NCBI GenBank assembly: GCA_964016885.1
Contig: OZ024742.1
Location: 377,208,001-377,272,000 of the forward strand
Direction of reading: 5' to 3'
Length of the DNA stretch: 64,000 nt
DNA from: Eledone cirrhosa
Taxonomy: Eukaryota
Under the pieces are notes generated by a model, which worked only from the letters and a program-made list of their open reading frames with translations, was not told the origin of the DNA and did not search any database. The translations under genes and the position numbers were made by a program. Numbering within the stretch: the first letter of the stretch is position 1; every line of letters starts with the position of its first letter. This document shows positions 24,531 to 38,273 of this stretch, piece by piece.

Positions 24531-24950
24531 CCAATTTCTTTATATATAAATATTTTAATGGACGAAAGATTGGAATAAAAAAGATATAGATCAGTTAGTT
24601 GATGTAACAAGGGAGATAATTTCACATGTATCAGTCTATCTATGCTAAAGAAACAAGAAGTTATCAATAAGACATCAATTACTCTAAACTATCTACTTAA
24701 AATGTACTTAAAATATACAATTTGCTGATGAGAAGCAACATTTCAACTTTTGAAGAACTCATACAAATTTATATCGTAATGGGAATGTTTATTGAACTCT
24801 CTTTTCACACAAAGTATCTTTCCCTCTCTCAATCTGTGTGTATATAGAAACGTACACACACACACACACATACACACAACACTCTCACACACACATACAT
24901 ACACACACAGACATGCACACACACACACACACACATATATATAAATACAT

Positions 24951-27336
24951 TGTGGCTGCCAACTCTTTTTCGAGTACGGCCACTACTTTATATCCATGTA
25001 GGAGAACCCCCACCGATGCGCTGAACGAGTGTGGCTTTTTAGTCCAGCCAGCGACTTGAAAACTCTGGTACAAACACTACACTTGTGACAATTATTGACA
25101 CCTAGTGTTGGGCCCATGGTACCATGTGACCCAAGTATCGTGTGGGATCACTACTCGACCTGCATACCTTCCACAAACATTACATGTCGTCTCTGATGAA
25201 CACTTATAGCTCAACAGGTGCCTGCTTCCTTGTTCTTGTGCACTCTCAGGTGACTCTTTAGACCTGCCATGCTCAGACAAACCCTATTACAGGTCTCACA
25301 TGTCAGGTCAGGCCGTCTGTCAGTGCCTTCGGGAAGGTCAACATGGATTCCTTTCCGAACATCTCTTTTTAGTGTCGCGTGCCTTCTTCTTGTTTCCTCA
25401 AATAGACTCTTGCCACTAGCCACTGCTTTCCTCCAATGCGATCGGTCGCTAGCGCATGCTTCCCAGTGCTCACAAGGGATGTTACTTTTCTTGAGCGCCC
25501 CCTTGATGCAGTCCTTAAAACGCATCTTGGGTTTGCTCGCGTTCCTTTTTGCCATTTGGAGCTCGCCATAAAGCAGCTGCTTCGGCATTCGCTTGTCATT
25601 CATCCTTACAAGGTGGCCTGTCCAGCGCAGCTGATGTTTCAAAATCAAGGACTCGACACTATCACAGCCACTTCTGTCCAGAACCTCGACGTCACTGACA
25701 AACATTTGCCAAGTTATGCCGAGGATCCGACGTAAGCAGTACTGGTGGAACCTCTCAAGTCGCTTCATCTGTCTACGGTAGACCACCCACGTCTCACAAG
25801 CATAAAGAAGTGCCGCGAGCACACACGCATGATACACTTTGAGCTTTGTCTTTACCGAAATTCCGTGTTGGACCAGAGACGCTTGTTCAGTTTTCCAAAA
25901 GCATCACTGGCTTTCTGTACCCTGTTTGATATTTCCCTATCAAGATCGCAGGACATACTGAGAGTGCTTCCAAGATATACAACACTGCCAACGACCCTTA
26001 GCCTTTCACAATAAACCAAGATGTTGGGCTCACAACATGGCTTCCCAGGGGCTGGTTGGTACATGGCTACTATATTTTTCAGACTTATGGTAAGTCCCAA
26101 TGCAGTACACGCATTAGAAAATGCATCCATGAGATGCTGCATATCAATATCCGTGTGCGCTACCAGGTCACAGTGATCTGCATAAAGCAAATCCCTGATT
26201 AGAGACAAGTGAACCTTTGACTTAGCATTGAACCTCCTGATATTAAACAGCTTTCCAGTTGATCGATAGCGAACATATATACCATGATTGCAGTTCCCGA
26301 AGGCCTGTTCGAAGACAATGGAGAAGTACAAAGCAGAGAGCGTTGGAGCTAGAATGTCACCCTTTTTGACTCCATTCTCGACCGTCACCGGCCCAGAGAG
26401 CTTTCCACCAACATTTACCCATGCCTTTATGTCATCATGAAACAAACGCAAAATGGAAACAAACTTCTCACGGCACCCCAGCTTCCTCAAGATATCCCAT
26501 AAAGCCTTTCTGTTGACCGTGTCAAACGCCTTTGTCAGATCAACAAACACCTGGTAGAGATCCACATTCTGCTCAACACACTTTTCCTGCAGTTGTCTGG
26601 CTGTAAAGATCATGTCCACAGTGCCACGCCCAGCCCGAAAACCCGATTGCGACTCTGGTAGAGCTTCATCAGCAATGTGGAGCAAAGACGGTCCAACAGA
26701 ATTCTAAAGAGAACTTTGCCGACAACAGACAACAGTGATATCCCACGATAGTTTCCGCAGTCATCCCTGTCTCCCTTTCTCTTGTTCAAAACAACCATCA
26801 CAGCATCCTTCCTGTCATCGGGAACATGATTGTTGTTCCAGGCATCCAGAACCAAAGAATGAAGTCGGTGCAAGAGATTCTCTCCATCGTGCTTCAAGAT
26901 CTCAGCATACAGCCCATCCAATCCAGGCGACTTCCCACCATTGAGTTTCCAGACAGCCCTTTTAACCTCCTCGATCGTTGGAGGCTCAGCAAGGATTTCC
27001 TTTACTGGCTTATCAGGTATGGACCTGATAAACTCTTCGTCAACCTCTGAATCCCTATTGAGAAGCTTGTCAAAGTGTTCCCGCCATCTCAACAGGATAT
27101 CATTGGGATCTCTAAGGAGCTGATTGTCCTAAGAGGCGCAACTGGTGATGTAGGTGGTCCATACACTTCACGAAGAATATTATACATTGCCTTAACGTCC
27201 TTCACATCCGACGCAAGTTGTATTTCATCGGCTTTGTCATTCCACCACTTATTCTTCATTTCACGCAATTTTCGTTGCACATCAGCTTTTACGAGCTTCA
27301 GCTTATCAGCGATTTCCTTTCTGCCGATCGGTGCTT
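24951..27336 (-). pseudogene. 5'-truncated, frameshifted RTE-clade (BovB-like) LINE: RT and C-terminal zinc finger
   Basis: Successive minus ORFs: GKSPGLDG..AE, NYRGISLLS, LPESQSGFR..RGTVDMIF, FVDLTKAFD, GVKKG..LAP, LLYAD, YLGS, LRWTGHLVRM...RMPKQLLYGEL, CETC...AGLKSH. Confidence 0.93.
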
Positions 27337-27410
27337 AAATCACTACCATAGATACATACATACATGCATACATACAGATATACATACGTACATATATATA
27401 CATACACACG

Positions 27411-27446
<36 letters not shown>

Positions 27447-27633
27447 AATGTATATATATATATACACACTCCCCAATATATATGTTTACACATATACGTA
27501 TTCACACACACACGCACCCCCACGCACACACACACATATATATATGGGTTTGTATTACGCACACATTTTCACGCATATATGTGTATGTAATATATATGTA
27601 TATATGTATGTAATATATATATATATATGTATG

Positions 27634-27709
<76 letters not shown>

Positions 27710-27832
27710 GTGTTGTAGTTTGCTTGAAGCATTGTTGAATAGGAAATATAAATTTAAATAATTTTGAAAACCATACAATGCATTAGAAAATTAAAATTGC
27801 CAAGATAGAATCTTGCCTTAGCAAATTTAATA

Positions 27833-27936
27833 ATCCCGTCAAGGTTAACTTTGCCTTTCATCCTTACAGGGTCGATAAAATAAAGTACCAGTAATGTACT
27901 GGGTAATTGCTGGCCTTGTGCCAAAAGTAGAAACAG
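27833..27936 (+). mobile_element. SINE 3' half
   Basis: Family core and tail present. Confidence 0.8.
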
Positions 27937-28023
27937 CTATATATATATTTATAAATGAATGGCCTTGTTATTTTTATCTAAACACATTTTTTCCAATTCC
28001 ATCCCGCCCCTACCCTCAATCTA

Positions 28024-28063
28024 TCTTATTTCTGATGAAGGAGCAGTGTCCGAAACGTTAAGA
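28024..28063 (+). ncRNA. Minimal HHR-like motif
   Basis: CTGATGA-a-gga/tcc-GAAA-cg-TT-aaga. Stem I is imperfect. Confidence 0.5.
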
Positions 28064-28537
28064 CCCTCTTCCTGCTATATCAAGCGTTAACCTAATATAT
28101 TCCTTCCATATACTGTACCGATTGTTCTTAGTTTTCGTATGTCCCTTCAATATATACAGAGAGAGAGAGAGCGATAGAGAGAGATAGAGAAAGAGAGAGA
28201 GAGAGAGATTAGGAAAACTACACACACACATCTACAGAGAGAGACAGAAAAACAGAGGGAGGGAAAAACAGAGAGATATGCCGTTAGACAGAGATAGATA
28301 CAATTAAAGTGTTAGTTATTCAGAGAGAGAGAGAGGGAGAGGGAGAGAGAGAGAGAGAAAGGGGACCAGCAAGTGAACGTCCTATGACGTTAAATCAAGT
28401 ATCGGCATTAAAATAATTTCTAAATAAACAATATGTATGATCAAATGTACCGGTGATTGAAAAATAACGTTCATTTCCGTGGTATATCTTTCATCTGTCG
28501 TCGCTCGCATAAGTAACACACGCGCACACACACACAC

Positions 28538-28629
<92 letters not shown>

Positions 28630-28721
28630 TTTCACACGTGATTTCGCCTATTGCCGGATAACATCAAAACAAAACACACACACACACACACATATCTATA
28701 CTTATAGAGCTGACGGTCATA

Positions 28722-28757
<36 letters not shown>

Positions 28758-28782
28758 TGTATGTATATATGTATGTATGTAT

Positions 28783-29375
28783 GTCAGGTCACCAGTTGGT
28801 GCTACTGGTAACATGTATCCCAGTACAACCTGTCCCAAGGTCGGGTCGTTGGCGACTAAAATGGCAACACCACCAAGGTTTCTTGGTGAGGAGGGTGACT
28901 TTGGACATCCTGCAGGACTAAAAACAAAACCTGTCAAAGGGAAAAAGAGCTCTTAAGAGTCAATGGCCATCCAAAATCACCGGGAGAGATGACCCCTTAG
29001 CCTTTGTCAAGGCAGAATTCTAGGAGAAGGAAAGCTCTGATATAACACCTGCAACCCTGATGGTATCCAATGATGTTGACTTGTTCTTCTTTTTGGTAAA
29101 TATCATCTTGGTTAAGAGAGTGGGACTGGCTTTGTGCAGTGGCTTTGCTCACTATAAAAGCTTCATGGCACAGGCATTGCTTTATATCTGGAGATCTCTC
29201 TGCACTTGTCGTCACATGGTACCATTGGCCTAGCACTATGTGTCAATAATTGTCACAGGTGTAGTGTTTGTACCAGAGTTTTCAAGTCGCTGGCTGGACT
29301 AAAGTCACATTCGTTCAGCGCATCGGTAGGAGTTCTCCTACATGGATATAAAGTAGTGGCCGTACTCGAAAACGA
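28783..29375 (+). mobile_element. ~600-bp non-autonomous RTE-derived element (3' tip missing)
   Basis: Highly similar copies at 30746-31355, 31505-32097, 49426-50033, 52085-52521 (-) and 63975-64000. The 3' part encodes [17 protein letters not shown] like the RTE C-terminus. (ATGT)n flanks. Confidence 0.85.
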
Positions 29376-29751
29376 AAACCAGTATGACTCTAAGAACCGG
29401 TTTGTCTGTGTGTCTACATACGGAATAGCTGGACACTCACAGTAAAGTGACCAGTGAAAACTCGGTACATCTACATATGTACACGTGTGTGTATTCATAT
29501 GCATACTAGTATTTCAGTATACATATGTGGATGTACATTTTTAACTTAATTGTTTAAGCGCCAGTCATACAAAAGTGAGTTACAAACGAAACGAAATTTA
29601 ATTTCGTTTCGTTATTTGTTTTTATCGTCTCCGTTGAACCGGTACGTACTCACGCTCTATGCAAATTGGTCTGCCCACTACTAATTTTCATAGAAAAAGC
29701 ATATAACGATATGTGCTTTCACGATTCTCTAGAGAAGCCGGAAGATAGGTA

Positions 29752-29796
29752 AATATTGCTGATGAGATGTAACAACATCGAAACTAGTCCAATATT
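29752..29796 (+). ncRNA. Canonical minimal type I hammerhead ribozyme
   Basis: aatattg-CTGATGA-gatgt(aaca)acatc-GAAA-ctag-TC-caatatt. GUC site predicts cleavage after 29789. Palindromic ACTAGT stem III. Confidence 0.93.
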
Positions 29797-30216
29797 CCTT
29801 GTCTGGCTTTCTGGAGAATAGAGGAAAGGTGTTTCCTCAAAAACCAGTATGACTCTAAGAACCGGTTTGTCTGTGTGTCTACATACGGAATAGCTGGACA
29901 CTCACAGTAAAGTGACCAGTGAAAACTCGGTACATCTACATATGTACACGTGTGTGTATTCATATGCATACTAGTATTTCAGTATACATATGTGGATGTA
30001 CATTTTTAACTTAATTGTTTAAGCGCCAGTCATACAAAAGTGAGTTACAAACGAAACGAAATTTAATTTCGTTTCGTTATTTGTTTTTATCGTCTCCGTT
30101 GAACCGGTACGTACTCACGCTCTATGCAAATTGGTCTGTCCACTACTAATTTTCATAGAAAAAGCATATAACGATATGTGCTTTCACGATTCTCTAGAGA
30201 AGCCGGAAGATAGGTA

Positions 30217-30261
30217 AATATTGCTGATGAGATGTAACAACATCGAAACTAGTCCAATATT
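30217..30261 (+). ncRNA. Canonical minimal type I hammerhead ribozyme (second unit)
   Basis: Identical to 29752-29796, offset +465. Confidence 0.93.
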
Positions 30262-30745
30262 CCTTGTCTGGCTTTCTGGAGAATAGAGGAAAGGTGTTTC
30301 CTCAAAAACCAGTATGACTCTAAGAACCGGTTTGTCTGTGTGTCTACATACGGAATAGCTGGACACTCACAGTAAAGTGACCAGTGAAAACTCGGTACAT
30401 CTACATATGTACACGTGTGTGTATTCATATGCATACTAGTATTTCAGTATACATATGTGGATGTACATTTTTAACTTAATTGTTTAAGCGCCAGTCATAC
30501 AAAAGTGAGTTACAAACGAAACGAAATTTAATTTCGTTTCGTTATTTGTTTTTATATATATATATATATATATATATGTGTATGTATATATGTATGTATG
30601 TATATATGCATGTATATATATATATGTATATATATATGTATGTATGTATATATGTATGTATATATGCATATATATATGTATATGTATGTATATATGTATG
30701 TATATGTAAATGTGTGTGTATGTGTATATGTATATATATATATTA

Positions 30746-31355
30746 TGTCAGGTCACCAGTTGGTGCTACTGGTAATATGTATCCCAGTACAACCTGTCTC
30801 ATGGTCGGGTCGTTGGCGACTAAACTGGCAACCCCACCAAGGTTTCTTGGTGAGGAGGGTGACTTTGGACATCCTGCAGGACTAAAAACAAAACCTGTCA
30901 AAGGGCAAAGGAGCTCTTAAGAGTCAATGGCCATCCAAAATCACCGGGAGAGATGACACCTTAGCTTTTGTCAAGGCAGAATTCTAGGAGAAGGAAAACT
31001 CTAATATACCACCTGCAACTCTGATGGTCTCCAATGATGTTGACTTGTTCTTCTTTTTGGTAAATATCATCTTGGTTAAGAGAGTGGGACTGGCTTTGTG
31101 CAGTGCCTTTGTTCACTATAAAAGCTTCACGACACAGGCATTGCTTTATATCTGGAGATCTCTCTGCACTTGTCATCATATGGTACCATGGGCCCAGCAC
31201 TATGTGTCAATAATTGTCACAAGTGTAGTGTTTGTACCAGAGTTTTCAAGTCACTGGCTGGACTAAAAAGTCACACTCGTTCAGCGCATCAGTAGGGGTT
31301 CTCCTACATGGATATAAAGTAGTGGCCGTACTCGAAAACGAGTTGGCAGCCACCA
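30746..31355 (+). mobile_element. Non-autonomous RTE-derived element, full length
   Basis: GTCAGGTCACCAGTTGG ... GAGTTGGCAGCCACC followed by (ATGT)n. Confidence 0.88.
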
Positions 31356-31463
31356 TGTATGTATATATGCATGTATATATGTATGTATGTATATATATAT
31401 ACATATATATGTGTATGTATGTATGTATGTATGTATATATATGTATGTATGTATATGTGTATG

Positions 31464-31504
<41 letters not shown>

Positions 31505-31506
<2 letters not shown>

Positions 31507-32097
31507 TGATAGTTGGTGCTACTGGTAACATGTATCCCAGTACAACCTGTCTCATGGTCGGGTCGTTGGCGACTAAACTGACAACCCCACCAAGGTTTCT
31601 TGGTGAGGGGGTGACTTTGGACATCCTGCAGGACTAAAAACAAAACCTGTCAAAGGGCAAAGGAGCTCTTAAGAGTCAATGGCCATCCAAAATCACCGGG
31701 AGAGATGACCCCTTAGCCTTTGTCAAGGCAGAATTCTAGGAGAAGGAAAACTCTGATATAACACCTGCAACCCTGATGGTATCCAATGATGTTGACTTGT
31801 TCTTCTTTTTGGTAAATATCATCTTGGTTAAGAGAGTGGGACTGGCTTTGTGCAGTGCCTTTGCTCACTATAAAAGCTTCACAGCACAGGCATTGCTTTA
31901 TATCTGGAGATCTCTCTGCACTTGTCGTCACATGGTACCATGGGCCCAGCACTATGTGTCACAGGTGTAGTGTCTGTGCCAGAGTTTTCAAGTCGCTGGC
32001 TGGACTAAAAAGTCACACTCGTTCAGCGCATCGGTAGGGGTTCTCCTACATGGATATAAAGTAGTGGCCGTACTCGAAAACGAGTTGGCAGCCACCA
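31505..32097 (+). mobile_element. Non-autonomous RTE-derived element
   Basis: Same family, with a long (ATGT)n tail to 32150. Confidence 0.88.
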
Positions 32098-32419
32098 TGT
32101 ATGTATGTATGTATGTATGTATGTATGTATGTATGTATGTATGTATGTATGTTAACAACACAACTTAACTCTTTCTTTTTAAACTCACGGTAGTTCCTCC
32201 CCTTTGCTACGAAGTCGGAAGGACAATGTGACACGGGAGGGTGTGTGGTATCTTTGCAGTGGAGTGGTGGGAACACGTATACCTAGCCGGACGTCAGCCG
32301 GACGGGTCAGCTAGTTTTATATAAGAACCTCCATTATGGTATGTTCTAGACACAAGCTTAATGAAGACAAAGGAAGTTATATAACTAAATCCTATTATCA
32401 TTTTATTATTTTCTTTTAC

Positions 32420-32535
32420 CTGTACCAATGCGTGGCATCTTCCTTCTGCTAACACTTGTTGCACAGGAACAGCAGAAACCACTGCCGTTGGAATAACACG
32501 TGACGGCATGGTTTTCAGATAATCATAAAAATAAT
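32420..32535 (-). CDS. Possible host-gene internal exon (unassigned)
   Basis: Non-repetitive sequence. TTTTAG acceptor, CAG|GTAAAA donor, single open frame YFYDYLKTMPSRVIPTAVVSAVPVQQVLAEGRCHALVQ. Protein not recognised. Confidence 0.3.
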
Positions 32536-32792
32536 CTAAAATTTAGTGGGATTTAGTAACTTTCCCATTAAGCTGGTGTTTGGATAATAACACAAGCTCA
32601 GTATTTAATTCAATTCTTATGGCATCAAATGACTTGCTTTGTGGTATATTTCCCAGCTCATCTTTGCCTTTCATCCTTCCAACATTGATAAAATATAGTA
32701 CCAGTCATGTACTGGGTCAATATTATCAACTTTCCTTTCCTTTAAAATTGTTAACCTTGCGCTAAAAATTAGAAATCAGTATACTGTCTTCA

Positions 32793-32984
32793 AGGGTGGT
32801 GGAATGGCAGTATCGGTAGAGGGTCGGACGCCATGCTTTGACGCATAGAGTTACGGCCCTTGCCATTCTGAGTTCAAATCTCGCCGAGGTTAACTTTGCC
32901 TCTCATCCTTACGGGGTCGATAAAATAAAGTACCAGTAATACACTGGGTAATTGCTGGCCTTGTGCCAAAAGTAGAAACAATTA
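32793..32984 (+). mobile_element. Full-length SINE with target-site duplication
   Basis: ATACTGTCTTCA on both sides. Confidence 0.92.
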
Positions 32985-33524
32985 TACTGTCTTCATCTAC
33001 AGTTATTACCACTCGCAGCAGAGTACAAAATGTCATGAACATATTTAAAAATTGGTATTTCAGTATGTTTATGATTGGTGAAGCATGAAACAAGCTACCT
33101 GCATCAGTTGTCAGCTGTCGGGACACTGCATCCTTCAAATCTTTCATGCTTCCTGAAATTCACCAACACTACACCTGATATTCCCCCTCCATACACACAC
33201 GCAAGCATGTGTGTCTGTATGTATATCATGACTCATACACTATTCACTTCCCTGATATTTCTACATTATTCTACATCTGAGCACTGTACACAAATATTTC
33301 CATACTTAAAAGTAGAAACAGCTTTTCTCCATGAATGTCCTTCGGAAGTCTCCCCCCTATTCGGGAATTTTTCATTGTTATTTTTCTGTTACGTCCTCTG
33401 TTTTTGTTTTTTACACGCAGAAATGCCCATTTGTACCGTCCTGTATTGTCATGTACTGTCCTTAATGTCTACTTTATGTAAACCCTTGAGGTTAATAAAG
33501 AAAGCATACTTAAATGTAGAAACA

Positions 33525-33586
<62 letters not shown>

Positions 33587-33587
<1 letters not shown>

Positions 33588-34771
33588 GTTCTTTGAGTCT
33601 CAGTCATTGATGTTATTTAACTGGAAAGTTTGTTGAAATGAATATCAAGCCACTACCTGCAGCCTCAGATATTCAGGACGTATCGGAGGGTTCTTGCTGT
33701 TCCCAGCAAGCATGCCTTTTGAAGTGTTCCAAGAAGCGGGGCGGGACAAATTTTCTTTAACCATCCCTGGAAACTCTTTGAGATAGTATCTAGTGCGCCT
33801 ATGACAATCGGGACCACTTTGACCTCATGGCAGTTCCAAATCCCTTTTACCTCCCACTTTAAGTCCTGGTATCGGTTAATTTTCTCCCTCTCTTTCTCTT
33901 GCACTCTCGTGTCGAATGGGCAGGCTACATCCACAATCAGGCACGATCTTTATTCCCTTGTCCAAAACCACCAGGTCAGGTCTATTGTGTTCCAGTTTCT
34001 TGTCCGTCTGTATCCTAAAATCCCACAGCACCTTCACCTGATCGTTTTCCATCACCGACTCTGGCTTATACTCATACCACTTCTCAGAATGTGGTAAATT
34101 GTTTACTTTGCATAGGTGCCAGTGGATCACCCTGCCCATCACATCATGTCTCCAGCCTTTATAGTGAGTCTGGGCTAGGTGTTTACACTCGGATACAATG
34201 TGAGCCACAGCCTCCTCTCTCTCTCCACAGATCCTACACAGTGGGCTAGCCTCCTCCTTGTAAATATGGTGCTTCAGCCACTTCGTTTTGAGGGCCTGCT
34301 CCTGCGCAACCATTAGCATTCCTTCTGTAGCCTTTTTAAGGTCTCCTCTTTTCAACCAGTTCCAGCATTGGCTCCTTACTATCAGTCACGTATTTGTGTA
34401 GGTTGTTTTTCTCCATCTGAACACAGTCCTCTATGCTGATAAGACCTCTCCCACCTTCAGAACTCCTTAAGTAGAGTCTATCGACATCACTCCTCTTGTG
34501 GAACATGTTGTAGATAGTCAATAGCTTCCTAGTCTTCCTATCCATTTCTTTTTGTTCAGCAACATTCCATCTCAGAATTCCCGCACTGTACCTAATAATA
34601 GACACAGCTCGGGAATTTACTGCACTTATGGCATTCCTACTGTTCAGATGTGACTTTAATACGCTCCTTACTCTCCGAATGTATTCAGATCTTATCAATT
34701 CCTTCATTTTTTTGTTCTTGATGTCATCAGCCTCCAGAACACCCAAATACTTGTATCCTTCTTCAGTGTCA
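33587..34771 (-). pseudogene. 5'-truncated R4/Dong-clade non-LTR retrotransposon (RT thumb, CCHC, restriction-like endonuclease)
   Basis: YKYLGVLE, RLYL....GGRGL, CRIC....E...HIVSEC, RHD, WDF.IQTD....NRPDLV, DVACP, EK..RY.DL, VVPIVIGAL. Flanked by (TAA)n both sides. Confidence 0.92.
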
Positions 34772-34794
34772 TTATTATTATTATTATTATTATT

Positions 34795-35355
34795 AGAACG
34801 GATCCGGCTATGAGCTGAGTCCATCCTGAGCATTGCCCCGCCCTCTCTTCCTTTAGCCGGGAATGGCAGGCAGTTTTTATCTGTCTGGTGGCCATGGCGA
34901 AAGAGATAGTATGGTGGACACGTTTGAAAGGGCTGAAGACGAGCACTTACCTCTTCGGTGATGCCCTGATTAACTTTTTCAAATTTCATTTGAAAAGGAA
35001 AATCAGGGTAGAGAGGGAAGTGCTCTCTTCCCAGCATTTTGTTGAAAGATGGGTGAGAAAAGCAAGTATGGCCCGAATGAATGGGCCTTCTCTGAGTATG
35101 TGTCTGTAAATTAAAGATGGAAAACTGGGAGAGGGCACTTGCCCTGGTAGTCAGGGTCACTGTGGTCTTTTAATGGGCTTTCTCCACAAATGTCCCTCGG
35201 AAGTCTCCCCCCTATTGGGGAATTTTTCTTTGTTATTTTATTACATCCTCTGTTTTTTTTACACGCAGAAATGCCCATTTGTACCGTCCTGTATTGTCCT
35301 GTACTGTCCTTAATGTCTACTTTATGTAAACCCTTGTGGTTAATAAAGAAAACAT
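34795..35355 (+). mobile_element. 3' end of an L1/Tx1-like LINE (ORF2 tail plus 3' UTR)
   Basis: AKEIVWWTR...FKFHLKRKIRVERE.....F.ERW resembles Tx1 C-termini. The UTR is repeated at 33321-33505. Confidence 0.6.
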
Positions 35356-35609
35356 TATTATTATTATTATTATTATTTCCATTTATCTTGCTTTATGTTT
35401 ATACGAGTTATCACCAAGTCACAACCAGTGACCTCAAGAGACAACAAGGTCCGCCATGTTCAAGAAAGAACATACATATTCACACATGCATCCTCAGTGT
35501 TTAGACTTGTGATGTACTTATATTGACAGGATCTTCCTTAGTATATGGGCAGTTCCCATTAGTACTATCTTTTGTATTTCTCCTATACGCGGGTTTCCTG
35601 GGATTTGCG

Positions 35610-35649
<40 letters not shown>

Positions 35650-36120
35650 AATTACTTCCTATAAGAGACGGGTCTGTTACAACATGAATCAATAGGATTT
35701 GAACTTAGAATGCAGAGAAGGGGAAAAGATGCCACAAAGACTTCCGGCCTACACACTTTAATGGTTCTATCTATCCAGCTCCCATGCATTAGTACTTTAT
35801 TTTATCAAGCCTGAAAGATGAAAAAAGAAAAAAGTAAAACCAAAATGGAAATTACCTTCAGCTGGAGTTGAACTCAGACGGCTGAGGACTGGAACCAATA
35901 TGAAGGAATTTAATCTGATACTCAAATGACTGCCAATTACTGGCTTATTGTATTGTAACAGTCATAAAATTGTTTATGTCAAAGAAAAAAAAGTGTGTAG
36001 ATTATTCGAATAAAACTTATGTTTAGTAATATATGAATATAATTTATTTCCTTCAGAGGCCTCTATTCCCTACGTCTCTAGCATTACTTAGGATTTCTGG
36101 TATATATATGTGTGTGTATA

Positions 36121-37860
<1,740 letters not shown>

Positions 37861-37879
37861 TATCATTATTATTAGGTGA

Positions 37880-38070
37880 GGGCGGTGGATTGGCAGTATC
37901 GGTAGAGGGTGGGACATGCTTTCCAGCATAGTTACGTCCCTTTATGATCTGAGTTCAAATCCCGCCGTGGTTAACTTTGCCTTTCATCCTTATGGGGTCG
38001 ATAAAATAAAGTATCAGTAATGCACTGGGTAATTGCTGGCCTTGTGCCAAAAGTAGAAACAATTATTATT
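37880..38070 (+). mobile_element. tRNA-derived SINE
   Basis: Full family consensus. Confidence 0.9.
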
Positions 38071-38187
38071 ATATATATATATATATATATAAAGAGAAAG
38101 AGAGAAAGAGAGTGACAGAGATGGAGAGGAGGGAGAGCGAGAGTATGGAGTTAACAGAGCTTCCTGTTCCGTTTAACCATGTCCAGT

Positions 38188-38226
38188 CCGAGCTGAAGAT
38201 CCGCTAAGGTGAATCATTGTTCTCGG
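38188..38226 (+). ncRNA. Degenerate minimal HHR
   Basis: ccgag-CTGAAGA-t-cc/gg-t-GAAt-cattg-TT-ctcgg. Confidence 0.55.
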
Positions 38227-38273
38227 TATGGCGAACTAACTGTTGTGTTTCTACTTCTATATATATATGTATA

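Larger units (their letters stand above)
29375..30555 (+). mobile_element. Retrozyme-like 465-bp tandem repeat (2.5 units), one HHR per full unit
   Basis: Units start at 29375, 29840 and 30305 and are almost identical. No real ORF. Ends in (TA)n. Confidence 0.9.

Noticed and set aside
24727-24760. Hammerhead at CTGATGAGAAG
   Set aside because: No properly placed GAAA or stems.
28997-29236. Recurrent 79-aa ORF (MLGPWYHVTT...) as a gene family
   Set aside because: Antisense frame of the young RTE-derived repeat. Recurrence reflects copy identity.
37880-37970. tRNA gene
   Set aside because: A and B boxes belong to a multi-copy SINE head with no complete cloverleaf.
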